From the IMG/VR virus record IMGVR_UViG_3300008987_000001: a stretch of 64,000 nucleotides of DNA, one strand, 5' to 3'. This document shows, in pieces, positions 48,601-57,479 of this stretch (the first letter of the stretch is position 1; every line of letters starts with the position of its first letter). A program made the position numbers and the translations under genes. The notes beneath the pieces were generated by a model. It had not been told where the DNA came from. It searched no databases and saw only the letters and a list, made by a program, of their open reading frames with translations. The stretch comes from a virus. Taxonomy: Duplodnaviria > Heunggongvirae > Uroviricota > Caudoviricetes.

Positions 48601-51600
48601 TCTCACTGATGCTGATAGAGGACCAAAGGGTCAAGATGCCAGTGATATTGGCTTTATTATTAGGCGAACTTCATCTGATCGGCTGAAGTCGATTGTAGGT
48701 CGGGCAATGGGTGGCATCATTCCGGGCTATGCTGGAGGAGATGGAGTTGCTGGGAATACCAATGATGTATTTAAAGATCTGCTAAATACTGATCCAGTGA
48801 AGGATTATGCTGCTGCAAAGGTTAAATCGGGTCGTAAATATGAATATGTTGGGAATCATTTTTCTAATATATTAGATTTTATTCCGAAACGCTCTGAAAT
48901 GTTTGGTGGAACTGGAAGTGCATTGACAGAGGCTCTTAAGGGTTACACTGAAACCGGTGGTCTTACTGAAAACATTGCAAAACAGATTGGTAAGGTGTTT
49001 GATGCACAGGGTGGTGCTGGACTTGATCTCTCTGCATTTTCAAAAATAGCATTCACTGATAAGAATGTGGTTGATGCCATAACAAAACTCATTAAGACTG
49101 GCAGTAACACAAATCCAAACAAGATATTTAATAGTGCATACAAGGGAATGCAGGGTGCATATGGCATTGATCCAGCAGAAGTAACAGATTTGCAACAGTC
49201 GATGTCGAGTGAGAAGAATGTAACTGATAAGGTCACTAATAAGAAAAAGGAACAGATTAGGGCTATTGATGAAGTTATAAAGGCAATGAAGAATGAACGT
49301 GGTGGGATGTATCGTGGAAATGTTCGATACATTGATCACGGCCCATTTGGCGAGAACGATCTTCGTAACCTCGGGGACTATGTACCAAGTAGGACAGAAC
49401 TTACATCAGAGCAGGACAGACTTGGATTCGCCAGAAAAGAACCAATGGGTATCACTCAATGGTATAATAAGCATTTTGCAGGGTTACTCACTGATATTGG
49501 CAAACAGATGTTCAATCCAACTGAACAACAGACTCGTTTCCAAACCCAGATCAAGATGCCAATCTTCATGGATAATATCCCAAATCAGGATGGTATGGGT
49601 CAGGATATCCAAGATCATCTGGATGCATCATTCAAAGAGTTTGAAGGATTTGATAATGTAGTTCGTGATGCACTTAAGAGCACATTTGGGCAATATGTCG
49701 GTGATAGAAATATAGACGATCTTGTTAAGATTTCCAAAACTACTGAAGATGGTCTGGTAAATATCCCCATTGGTACACGGGCTGAATTGTACGAGAAGGG
49801 AACTACAACTCATGATGGAATTCGTGTTGGTGCTGCAAATGATGAGAATGTAGAAAAACCAAACAAGATGGAGTATGCTACATCTAAACAGACTTCTGGA
49901 GTTATAACTATTGAATTTACTCCGGAAATGCAAAAGTTGGCAAAGTCTGGAAATTTTAATCTTGCAGAGGTATTAAATCAAGTTATTCAGCAGGTGACTC
50001 CAAGAACTGGGCCATTAACTCGTACGATTGGTGGAGAAGATAAGGATATTGTAAAGGCACCAAGTGTTGGGACAAAGGTGATGTCAGAACTCGTAAATAA
50101 GACGGGTATGACGAATACTGGCCTGTATAAAATGGGTGATATATTAAGAGGATTATCATGGCGGTTTGCATCTCTTGGTATGTCAGCAATGGGAGTTTAC
50201 TTCTCCATACAGGGCCTAATGATGACCTTCCAACAAGGTCTTGGTGCTATCACAACACCCCTTGCTGATATCGAAGCCTTAATGAAGAACATTGGTATGT
50301 CTACTGCCTTTGGCGACGGCATAATGAATGCATCCAAGGCAATGGACAAACTTAATATTGGAAAGGATGACTTCATTGAGGGATGGAAAAATCTCACTAA
50401 TATACAAGGCACGATTCAAACATTATTCGCATCAATTGGTACCAAAGTATTTGGTGGTGAGCATGGTAAGAAGTTCACAGATGAGTTACTTACCGGAGTA
50501 TCAGATGCATTCAAAGAACTGGATAATCAGGATATTAGTGGAACAATCCGTGATCTATTAACGTCAATTGTAAGTTCATTACCCGCAATATTACCAGCAA
50601 TTAAGTCAATCACTGGGATGCTCCAGACCCTTGCAGAAAACAAGTTCCTAATTGAATGGGGTGCTCAATTGATGATGATCAGTTTGGTCATGCAGCCAAT
50701 AGCATCAGGACTTGCAGCAATTGTAACTATTGGTGGTGGTGTTGCTACATTTGGAAACTTATTCTCTGTATTTGGAAAAGCATTATGGGGAGTTGCAGCA
50801 GGTTCACAGGCAGCAGGACTTGGACTTCAGGCAATGGCACTTCGTGTTGGAGCACTTGCAACTGGTGTAGCAGGGCTCGTATTATTATATGAAGTAATTG
50901 CGAACATTGTCAATGCATTAAATCTTCTTGGCGATTTCAAACTTCCAACACTCACAGGTTTCGCATTAAATGCAATAAGCGGGGGCTCGTTACAGGGCTT
51001 TGCGAATGGTGGGGTGGTTCAGTCTGAAGGCTATGACATGGTGCCGGGGCATCCTGATGACACTGTTATCACTGCCAAAGCAGGCGAAATTGTCGTTGAT
51101 CCAAAGAAACGACAGGGTTTTGCGAATGCACCGGGGTTATTACCAAGTGACGTTGTTCGGCAAATGAATGATACTCTTCCTGCAGTTGAACAGTCTGATA
51201 GATATAACAAACAAATAGATGTTGCAGAAGATACCTTGCATTTCAGTGGAGTTACTGCTGATATCTTTGATGATGTTCACGAAGGAAGTACTCTTGCTGT
51301 TACTGTTAAGAATTGGCCCACAACATGGGGCAATGAAAATGGCGAAGGTAATGAGTTACCATTCGATCTTGGGAGTATATTACCAGCGAAACTACATGGA
51401 TTTAGATATAATGAGAATCCAAATGCAGGGAATCCAAATACAAATCTAACAGGTGTACAAACTGGTATTAACCCACTTGGATGGTTAGCAAATCTTATTG
51501 GTTGGAATCCTATATCTACCAATGTAATAAGTTTCAATGATAGGGGCAATGATAAAGCAAATGATAAGGCGAATGTAACACCAAATGAATCCTTATTAGC

Positions 51601-54600
51601 ATATTTGAGGGAGATGTTTGACGAACTCCTTAATATTGCAACTAAATCCCTTAGTAAAGTGCATGATGTATTTATGAGTGCATTTGATGGAATGTATGAG
51701 GCTGCTGAAAGATTCAAAACAAAGATTGGTGACCTTACCATTGCATTATCAAATCTCACCATTATAGATAGTATTATAAGTGGTCTTGGGAAAGCAAAGA
51801 CATTTGTAACGAGCAATGCTGGGAATATTATAAAGGATGTTCCGGGTGCAATAAAGAATATTCCAAGCACCATTTCTGGAATGGGAAAAAACATTCTGTC
51901 TGGTTTCAATTATAACTATGATGATGTAAAGTATAATTATGCTGGATATCGTAAGTGGGGAGATGTTTCTGATTATGGTCCAAGTAATACAAAAACTACT
52001 ACGTGGTGGGACCAGTTCAAAAATGGTAAGTATGTATATCCACAGCAGCCATCTCCAACTACGGGAAACAAAATAAAGGTACCGAAGTATACTAACCACG
52101 GAAAGCAGATGTGGCCCGGATATGAAAGTTATGTTCCGGACTGGGTTGATTGGTTCCAAGTTGGTAGAACGATGGTCACCAGTAATGAAGATCCGTATGC
52201 AGTTGCTTTAGGTACCGCTTCAATGACTGCTGGAAACTGGGCTACTGGGAAAGCACTTGGTGGAACTCAACGTGTTGCACAATCACTTCCAGCATGGCTT
52301 GCAAAACTTGTGGGATCTGGCACGACTCGTAATTTGGTAGGAAGTTCTCTTGGAAAGGGTGCTTCAGCACTTGGAGCAATGGGAACTAGTGCTATGCAGA
52401 TCATTGCACAGCCAGAAGTTGTAATTGGTGCAAGTCTTGCAGAAGGCCAGATGTCTATGGACAAGTTCCGTAGTGGAACATCTGCTGCTGAATTACAGAG
52501 TGAGGATTCCAAGTATAATGCAGTATCTGGTGTTGTTACTGGTGGAATGATTGAAGCAGGGTTTGGTAAGGGAATCGAAGTATTATCAGATCACTTCGGT
52601 AAATCTGAAGAACAGATGCGCAAGGAGATCAACAATAGTTGGGCATCAGATATTGGGCTCAATGGGGTATATAAATGGTTTGCTGGCCTTGGAGACATGG
52701 AAAAAGGCGGTAAACTTGTTGAAGGGTTTGGTGAGAAAGCAAAGGGTGGAAATCTTGCAGTAAGTGATATCCTACGTGATATTATCCCTGATAACCTGAA
52801 AGTTGAGAATGTTCCATTACTTGGTACATTAAGTGCAGAAGGAGCAGCAACTTCTATAAATGAAAGTATATATGATCTTGTGGCTGCACTTGCAAACCTT
52901 AATGTTACGAGTGTTGTCGGTGCTGGAACTGCTGCAATTGGACTTGGTGCTTCTGGAGTAGAACTTGCAGGAAATACTGCACAAATGGTTGGTGAGAATC
53001 CATATACATCCGCTCAACTTGGTATCACTGCTGCAATCCCATTACTGGGTCCATTTATCGCTGCATTGGGAATGCCACAAACCACCGAATGGATGACTGA
53101 TAGAGGTTATGGAACTACTGATATAACACCGATCGCTGATACCGAGTTATTACCTACTGCAATAATGGATGCCAATGTACCTGTTGTTATTGGATTGGAT
53201 GCTGTTAATCAATCAATCACAACTGGAAATGCTGCTATGCAATTATCACTTGATGTGATTGCACAAAACACAGCGACTCCAATAATTATAGAGCAACGAG
53301 CACAACAAGCATTAGCAAATGGTGGGGTGATTGGTGGTAAATCTACATCAACTATTGATGATAAACTCATTGCAGGTGAAGAAGGTGAGTTCATTGTTCG
53401 TAAAGATGTTGCTCAAAAATATGGAGCACAACTTCATGCATTAAATTCCACCGGAAAATGGCCAAAGGGTTATGCTGCTGGTGGAATTTTAGGAAATTTA
53501 AAGACATTATATCATCCTACATTTGGTGCAAATAATGTATATAATTCATTACAAGATACTATATTTAAAGAATTACAAAGTCAATACAAAGAAGGAATGA
53601 AAATTCAATATAACTTTGTAAAAACTGCACCACAAGAATTCAGAAATGTGATTAATAATGCAATGAAAACAATGCCACTTGAAATGAAACAAGCATTAGC
53701 GGCATCTGGTAAGAAGTTGACATTTTCAGACGAACAAACGTTCGGTGGTAAATATATAAAATCACTTTCAGATAGTGGTACAACTGGTAGTGTTAGATAT
53801 GGCGCAACTGCAGATAATATATTTGTAAAACACGCTGGAAGAACTGAAATTCAACAAATGCGAACTGCGTTACATGAAATGATACATTCCACGTTTAATT
53901 CTGCTGGAAAAAATGCTCAAAATCTATTTACAAAAAGTATAGAACGAAAAGGTTATAGCACTGGATCTAATTATTGGTTCAAACCTACAGAAATTGCAGC
54001 AAGATCATCCCATGCAATAACACCAAATTCACAATTTAAAGATGCATTTAAAGCATCATTTAGTATGACAAAAAAATCTATAGATGATTCTATTAAAAGT
54101 ATAATGAATTCAGGTGTGAAGATCAAGGTTTCATCCATTGAGAAGCCAATCATTGAAACATTCAATAAAATTGGATCTGCTATCGATAATGTGGTAACAA
54201 AATTACCTAAATCAATTAAATTGCCAAATCTTTCAAGTATCGAGAAACCCATAGTAAATGTAATGAATAGTGTGGGTGCCACTATTGATAATGCAGTGAA
54301 GAAGGGATCGAACATATTTGGAAAGAGTAAACTAGTAGATCCCACTAGTATGCTGAAGATGAATACAGATATGATCTATAAAGAAGGTAAAGGTCTTCTT
54401 ATGGAATCCAGTAGTCCTGCTGCAATTTTAACACCGGGTGATTTCAAAGGATTTTCTGATTATTTAGATAAAAATTCTGGCGGAGAGGGATCAATATACA
54501 TTCCACAATCACCACTCGAACAAATAATGCGACAATTCAATGAAGGGATTGCAGACAGTATATATGGTGTACGGAAGAATACATCAGAAGCAAGTAATTA

Positions 54601-55273
54601 CCCCACTATAGATATTGTTGGGGTATATGATTTTAACGCAGCAATTGATGATGCGACAAAATCTGTTCAACAATTTTATACTGTAATACCAAGCCAATCT
54701 GGTATTGATACATCAAAATGGGAATGGAGAGGCAAAGTTCAGCAACCAACAACTGGCATTGATACTTCTGGCTGGTCATGGGGATACAATAATAGTGAGA
54801 TGGAACGACAACTTGCAGCATATGAACAGCAAATGAATGCTCCAATGTATTCATATCAGGATTTAGAAGAAAGATCTAAAACTTATGGTAAGATATATAC
54901 AGCACCAAACATGGATAGTGGATGGTGGAGCCAGAACATGGATCCAACTAAAACATTTTCATCAGATGCACAGAGAGCATTATATGAAGCATCAAATAGT
55001 GCTTATGTTGGTAAGTATGGTGATTATTACACTGATCCAAATGGCAATAAGTATAGCTTTATGACTAATGATGATCATATGTCTGCTATACAGTCACCTG
55101 CTGCATCATATAACAATCAGAATGCTGTAGCATCTACAACTACCCAACCAATTACTGTGCAGATAACTGTAAGTGGTGATGAATTAGCAACTAAAGGATA
55201 CGTTGAGAAAACATTACAGGTTGAAGTGCCGAATATTATGAGGGCAAATCAACCAAGGATTTCTGGACATTAA
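45626..55273 (+). CDS. Tape measure protein (3215 aa) with embedded GNAT, HD and zincin domains
   Basis: Position after the chaperones; hydrophobic A/G-rich central helices; repeated (F/Y)AxGG and GE..V motifs; enzyme motifs listed under findings. Confidence 0.88.
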   Translation: MADRATIDTMNKVLDNLFGGKKYAGGTPQGVSPPGRGNPTQSQDRLKEYVDELLLAGMNPREVSNMLASSHATMKGRASDELYIKQMTNDLQKHVQSRQQPLKPEIQSFQASRNPTVSNFLKIAATKGHTVDIDNVIKAFGINDPRMVESYKNEAYAARSQNAFPRLINFLKQFQNDPAKLASTLRTLKQVKTNNPIFEQISGIPQLGNTVARQVRMLVKATETGLGSSGMGLSQSQMRNYTKSSTPLANLSSISLPSNPAASTQRLAAQFVAEQKRQQAMQQASSVGQSISRTNFLKSLSRQSKAPSQPVMPNLNFMGSRGTHPVNLRDKLMSSSAGRWLGSKSDQIKRVGESVGFGLGTGALGYGAFQLANIGSQAIGAFGSDIARMLMGFNRGGSIPSYAYGGDPLRNIHLTKSPESASKLIGSNVVNSLQSDANSTGLYGLLQSMIKSGSTDASFRGLFYRKGLDANTWVEKVHQMKLQQASTFMNGYFASGGQIPKYMAGTPNGTPFNFRHFNIGRNSKFIKQMYDASAPLMNDSDGQYQMFRAIENKKMGPKDFGLFTAQHGVNPVSALSYQSDGSGIEMTDLGTHPAFQGKGLATSLISKLFDQGQSMGVDSAYWSAKDDNSAGFYNHLGANNEGNNSFSFDLSKWKGRFAFGGDTFNSPLANGPNAQLSADAVKRLQLLRIRAQSGQRLANLRDQAQLNMQLGNTSLFRSPNTAAGVINERVIRNLQSRFSGQPMGKFATGGSIYGPADIPMLSGLLAPDQQEHVSRSMDIAHGIFGQMGKTKLNPHVLDQALQLHDIAKEADPAKHGNFASRFIKQSNILKGSPYESLVSFLVDKHQGTNMPKISGFGKGDQKQLKGLIPLMRIADTLSRGTFDQLPISFGKSGKMKLADVDLGLSKKKMSRLQTSINAYNKNAMGYATGGPSYNNPIRVSDGELAIPRGMVDKIGLSALRRINAGDMSAIGSFASGGLMEFNGPGTGTSDSILTDADRGPKGQDASDIGFIIRRTSSDRLKSIVGRAMGGIIPGYAGGDGVAGNTNDVFKDLLNTDPVKDYAAAKVKSGRKYEYVGNHFSNILDFIPKRSEMFGGTGSALTEALKGYTETGGLTENIAKQIGKVFDAQGGAGLDLSAFSKIAFTDKNVVDAITKLIKTGSNTNPNKIFNSAYKGMQGAYGIDPAEVTDLQQSMSSEKNVTDKVTNKKKEQIRAIDEVIKAMKNERGGMYRGNVRYIDHGPFGENDLRNLGDYVPSRTELTSEQDRLGFARKEPMGITQWYNKHFAGLLTDIGKQMFNPTEQQTRFQTQIKMPIFMDNIPNQDGMGQDIQDHLDASFKEFEGFDNVVRDALKSTFGQYVGDRNIDDLVKISKTTEDGLVNIPIGTRAELYEKGTTTHDGIRVGAANDENVEKPNKMEYATSKQTSGVITIEFTPEMQKLAKSGNFNLAEVLNQVIQQVTPRTGPLTRTIGGEDKDIVKAPSVGTKVMSELVNKTGMTNTGLYKMGDILRGLSWRFASLGMSAMGVYFSIQGLMMTFQQGLGAITTPLADIEALMKNIGMSTAFGDGIMNASKAMDKLNIGKDDFIEGWKNLTNIQGTIQTLFASIGTKVFGGEHGKKFTDELLTGVSDAFKELDNQDISGTIRDLLTSIVSSLPAILPAIKSITGMLQTLAENKFLIEWGAQLMMISLVMQPIASGLAAIVTIGGGVATFGNLFSVFGKALWGVAAGSQAAGLGLQAMALRVGALATGVAGLVLLYEVIANIVNALNLLGDFKLPTLTGFALNAISGGSLQGFANGGVVQSEGYDMVPGHPDDTVITAKAGEIVVDPKKRQGFANAPGLLPSDVVRQMNDTLPAVEQSDRYNKQIDVAEDTLHFSGVTADIFDDVHEGSTLAVTVKNWPTTWGNENGEGNELPFDLGSILPAKLHGFRYNENPNAGNPNTNLTGVQTGINPLGWLANLIGWNPISTNVISFNDRGNDKANDKANVTPNESLLAYLREMFDELLNIATKSLSKVHDVFMSAFDGMYEAAERFKTKIGDLTIALSNLTIIDSIISGLGKAKTFVTSNAGNIIKDVPGAIKNIPSTISGMGKNILSGFNYNYDDVKYNYAGYRKWGDVSDYGPSNTKTTTWWDQFKNGKYVYPQQPSPTTGNKIKVPKYTNHGKQMWPGYESYVPDWVDWFQVGRTMVTSNEDPYAVALGTASMTAGNWATGKALGGTQRVAQSLPAWLAKLVGSGTTRNLVGSSLGKGASALGAMGTSAMQIIAQPEVVIGASLAEGQMSMDKFRSGTSAAELQSEDSKYNAVSGVVTGGMIEAGFGKGIEVLSDHFGKSEEQMRKEINNSWASDIGLNGVYKWFAGLGDMEKGGKLVEGFGEKAKGGNLAVSDILRDIIPDNLKVENVPLLGTLSAEGAATSINESIYDLVAALANLNVTSVVGAGTAAIGLGASGVELAGNTAQMVGENPYTSAQLGITAAIPLLGPFIAALGMPQTTEWMTDRGYGTTDITPIADTELLPTAIMDANVPVVIGLDAVNQSITTGNAAMQLSLDVIAQNTATPIIIEQRAQQALANGGVIGGKSTSTIDDKLIAGEEGEFIVRKDVAQKYGAQLHALNSTGKWPKGYAAGGILGNLKTLYHPTFGANNVYNSLQDTIFKELQSQYKEGMKIQYNFVKTAPQEFRNVINNAMKTMPLEMKQALAASGKKLTFSDEQTFGGKYIKSLSDSGTTGSVRYGATADNIFVKHAGRTEIQQMRTALHEMIHSTFNSAGKNAQNLFTKSIERKGYSTGSNYWFKPTEIAARSSHAITPNSQFKDAFKASFSMTKKSIDDSIKSIMNSGVKIKVSSIEKPIIETFNKIGSAIDNVVTKLPKSIKLPNLSSIEKPIVNVMNSVGATIDNAVKKGSNIFGKSKLVDPTSMLKMNTDMIYKEGKGLLMESSSPAAILTPGDFKGFSDYLDKNSGGEGSIYIPQSPLEQIMRQFNEGIADSIYGVRKNTSEASNYPTIDIVGVYDFNAAIDDATKSVQQFYTVIPSQSGIDTSKWEWRGKVQQPTTGIDTSGWSWGYNNSEMERQLAAYEQQMNAPMYSYQDLEERSKTYGKIYTAPNMDSGWWSQNMDPTKTFSSDAQRALYEASNSAYVGKYGDYYTDPNGNKYSFMTNDDHMSAIQSPAASYNNQNAVASTTTQPITVQITVSGDELATKGYVEKTLQVEVPNIMRANQPRISGH

Positions 55274-55275
55274 CA

Positions 55276-55300
55276 CCCCCCTCTTTTATATATTGTAAAA
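55276..55300 (+). promoter_or_regulatory. Late promoter motif CCCCCCTCTTTTATATATTGTAAAA
   Basis: About 31 nt upstream of ATG 55316. Confidence 0.7.
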
Positions 55301-55315
55301 CATGCAATATACACA

Positions 55316-55792
55316 ATGACCATCACCATCACCGAGAAGTTTCTAAGCATTACAATGGAGCATGATGGGTATACTGGATGGAAAGGATATGATTATACTG
55401 ATGGAGCGACTCATGAAGTCAATGCATCCATCTATATATTATCAAGAGAAGTAGAAAGTAAATCAATACCATCATATAGTCAGACAGTGGCTCCAATATC
55501 TTATACGATGGGTAAAAAACCAGAAAAAATAAAGATAGAAGGTCCACTATGCCTAGTAACCAATGTATCAACATATATAAGTCAATTTGCTGCACATCGA
55601 AATTTAAATACAATATATAATGTGTTTTTACCATGTTCAATTGTAACTGTGGAATGTACATATAATAGTGCAATTTCTGGTTTTTGGATAGTGGAAAGTT
55701 TCAAAATTAAGAGGGATGTTAAAAATCGTGAATGGATATTTTTTGAACTCGTTGTTGATAAGTGGTATGCTACGCCGGGAGTGAATGGATAA
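55316..55792 (+). CDS. Distal tail (Dit-like) protein candidate
   Basis: First gene after TMP; beta-rich; G.K...I.IEG...W.VESF...F.L pattern. Confidence 0.5.
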   Translation: MTITITEKFLSITMEHDGYTGWKGYDYTDGATHEVNASIYILSREVESKSIPSYSQTVAPISYTMGKKPEKIKIEGPLCLVTNVSTYISQFAAHRNLNTIYNVFLPCSIVTVECTYNSAISGFWIVESFKIKRDVKNREWIFFELVVDKWYATPGVNG

Positions 55793-57477
55793 TGGCAGCA
55801 ACATGCACTATACAGTTTGTTCTTGAAAAGAAGGATAGCACCACAGGGAAGTCTACATGGGCAGGGGATGGAACTGCCACTATATCAGTAGAAGATGTTA
55901 GTGTATCAACCATGTCAAATATCCAGACAATTAATGATGGGGATGAGCCCACAATAATACCATTTGGAGTAAAAGAACGAACTGCGACACTAACTGGAAC
56001 AATGTATAATACCTCAATGAATGGTCCCAATTACATAAACAAAATGGATCCTATATATGTAGATTCACTAGGAACAATCGCAGCACGGGGTATTAGAGTA
56101 AATGATCCAACAAATATTCCAGAACTTGGAACCGCAGTATGGAAGATAAATAAATGGGATTATGAAGGAGATGCGTCGAAAGGGAGTCAATGGAAATTTA
56201 GATTATCCTTATCATATGCATGGGATCCATCGATAAATGAAATACAGTTATTTGCTGATGGGGTTGGTAACAACACTCCTGAAAGTGTCAGGTTCTTTGC
56301 AAAACTAAAAAGTGGTGGTAGTCTTGTTCAAATATACAATACCAGAATAGATGGGACACTGCATGATCTGAATAGGGCAAAATTTGAAACATACAATACC
56401 ACATTCAGTAAAGGTAACCACATACAAATAATGTGTGAAACAAGTAGCACGCCTGTATTTTATGGAATAGTAATAGATAAACGGAATAATACCAGCGGAA
56501 ATGTTGTATATGATTGCACTGAAATTGCAACGTTATTATATAGAAAGCCATGTGCAAAGATTAAGCCCGGACTGTTTAAACCCCGTATAAGGATACCAAA
56601 TCCATTTGAAAAGAAATATCTTAAACTTCAGCAATTTGTTTCAACAATCCTTAAATTCTATAATGATGGGCCTTTAGAAGGATATTCTCCGGGAAATGGA
56701 TATTGCTCCAGTAGTGCAATTTTTGAAAGTGAATATTTGCCAGGTAGAACTGGATCATACATTGCCCCACAAATATTATCCGGAATGACAGTTGGAAAGG
56801 CCCTTGATAATTTACTCTGTGAACAATGTGGGCTCTATATTTGGTATGCAAATGATACAGGGAGAATGGAATATGGATTTCAACGCAATTCAATTACCAT
56901 GGATTTATCCAAAGAATATATTATGTACAGTGAACAAGTTGCTTCACAGGGAGAAGATTACGAAGCAGATGGCGTAATACTAATGGATAATAGTGCCAAT
57001 CAACCAACCAGATGGCCAGTTGGTATCGATAACAGCGGATCATTTGTACAGTATAAATTCAATAGTGATCTTACCAATGAACAACTCACATCAATTGCCC
57101 AAAGAATATACAGCGATCTAAAACAGAATAGAGATACATTCAAGGTAAAGTTTCCGCCCGGTACAGTTCGATATAAAGAAGGGGATTCATTTACCGGACT
57201 TGGTGATTCAACAGTAACTCCAAATATGCCATATAGAGGTGGGACTGATGAAGATCCGACAGATAGACCGGGTGATTCAGTTTGGCAAATAAAAGAGATA
57301 ACTATCACATCAGACTATACTGAATGTTTAGTAGGATCTTCATATTACAGTGTGTTTGACATTTATAGAACAGCACTACAAAAATATGATGGGTGCCCAG
57401 CCCCAACCGAAACAAAGGATAAAGAAACAAATACCTATGCATTACCTGCACGTAGTGAATCATCAACAGAGGAATAA
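55792..57477 (+). CDS. Baseplate hub / tail tip protein (likely start 55792)
   Basis: TAATG overlap; N-terminal half resembles the preceding gene; C-terminal W.I.EITI...ECLVG hub-like end. Confidence 0.55.
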   Translation: MAATCTIQFVLEKKDSTTGKSTWAGDGTATISVEDVSVSTMSNIQTINDGDEPTIIPFGVKERTATLTGTMYNTSMNGPNYINKMDPIYVDSLGTIAARGIRVNDPTNIPELGTAVWKINKWDYEGDASKGSQWKFRLSLSYAWDPSINEIQLFADGVGNNTPESVRFFAKLKSGGSLVQIYNTRIDGTLHDLNRAKFETYNTTFSKGNHIQIMCETSSTPVFYGIVIDKRNNTSGNVVYDCTEIATLLYRKPCAKIKPGLFKPRIRIPNPFEKKYLKLQQFVSTILKFYNDGPLEGYSPGNGYCSSSAIFESEYLPGRTGSYIAPQILSGMTVGKALDNLLCEQCGLYIWYANDTGRMEYGFQRNSITMDLSKEYIMYSEQVASQGEDYEADGVILMDNSANQPTRWPVGIDNSGSFVQYKFNSDLTNEQLTSIAQRIYSDLKQNRDTFKVKFPPGTVRYKEGDSFTGLGDSTVTPNMPYRGGTDEDPTDRPGDSVWQIKEITITSDYTECLVGSSYYSVFDIYRTALQKYDGCPAPTETKDKETNTYALPARSESSTEE

Positions 57478-57479
57478 AA

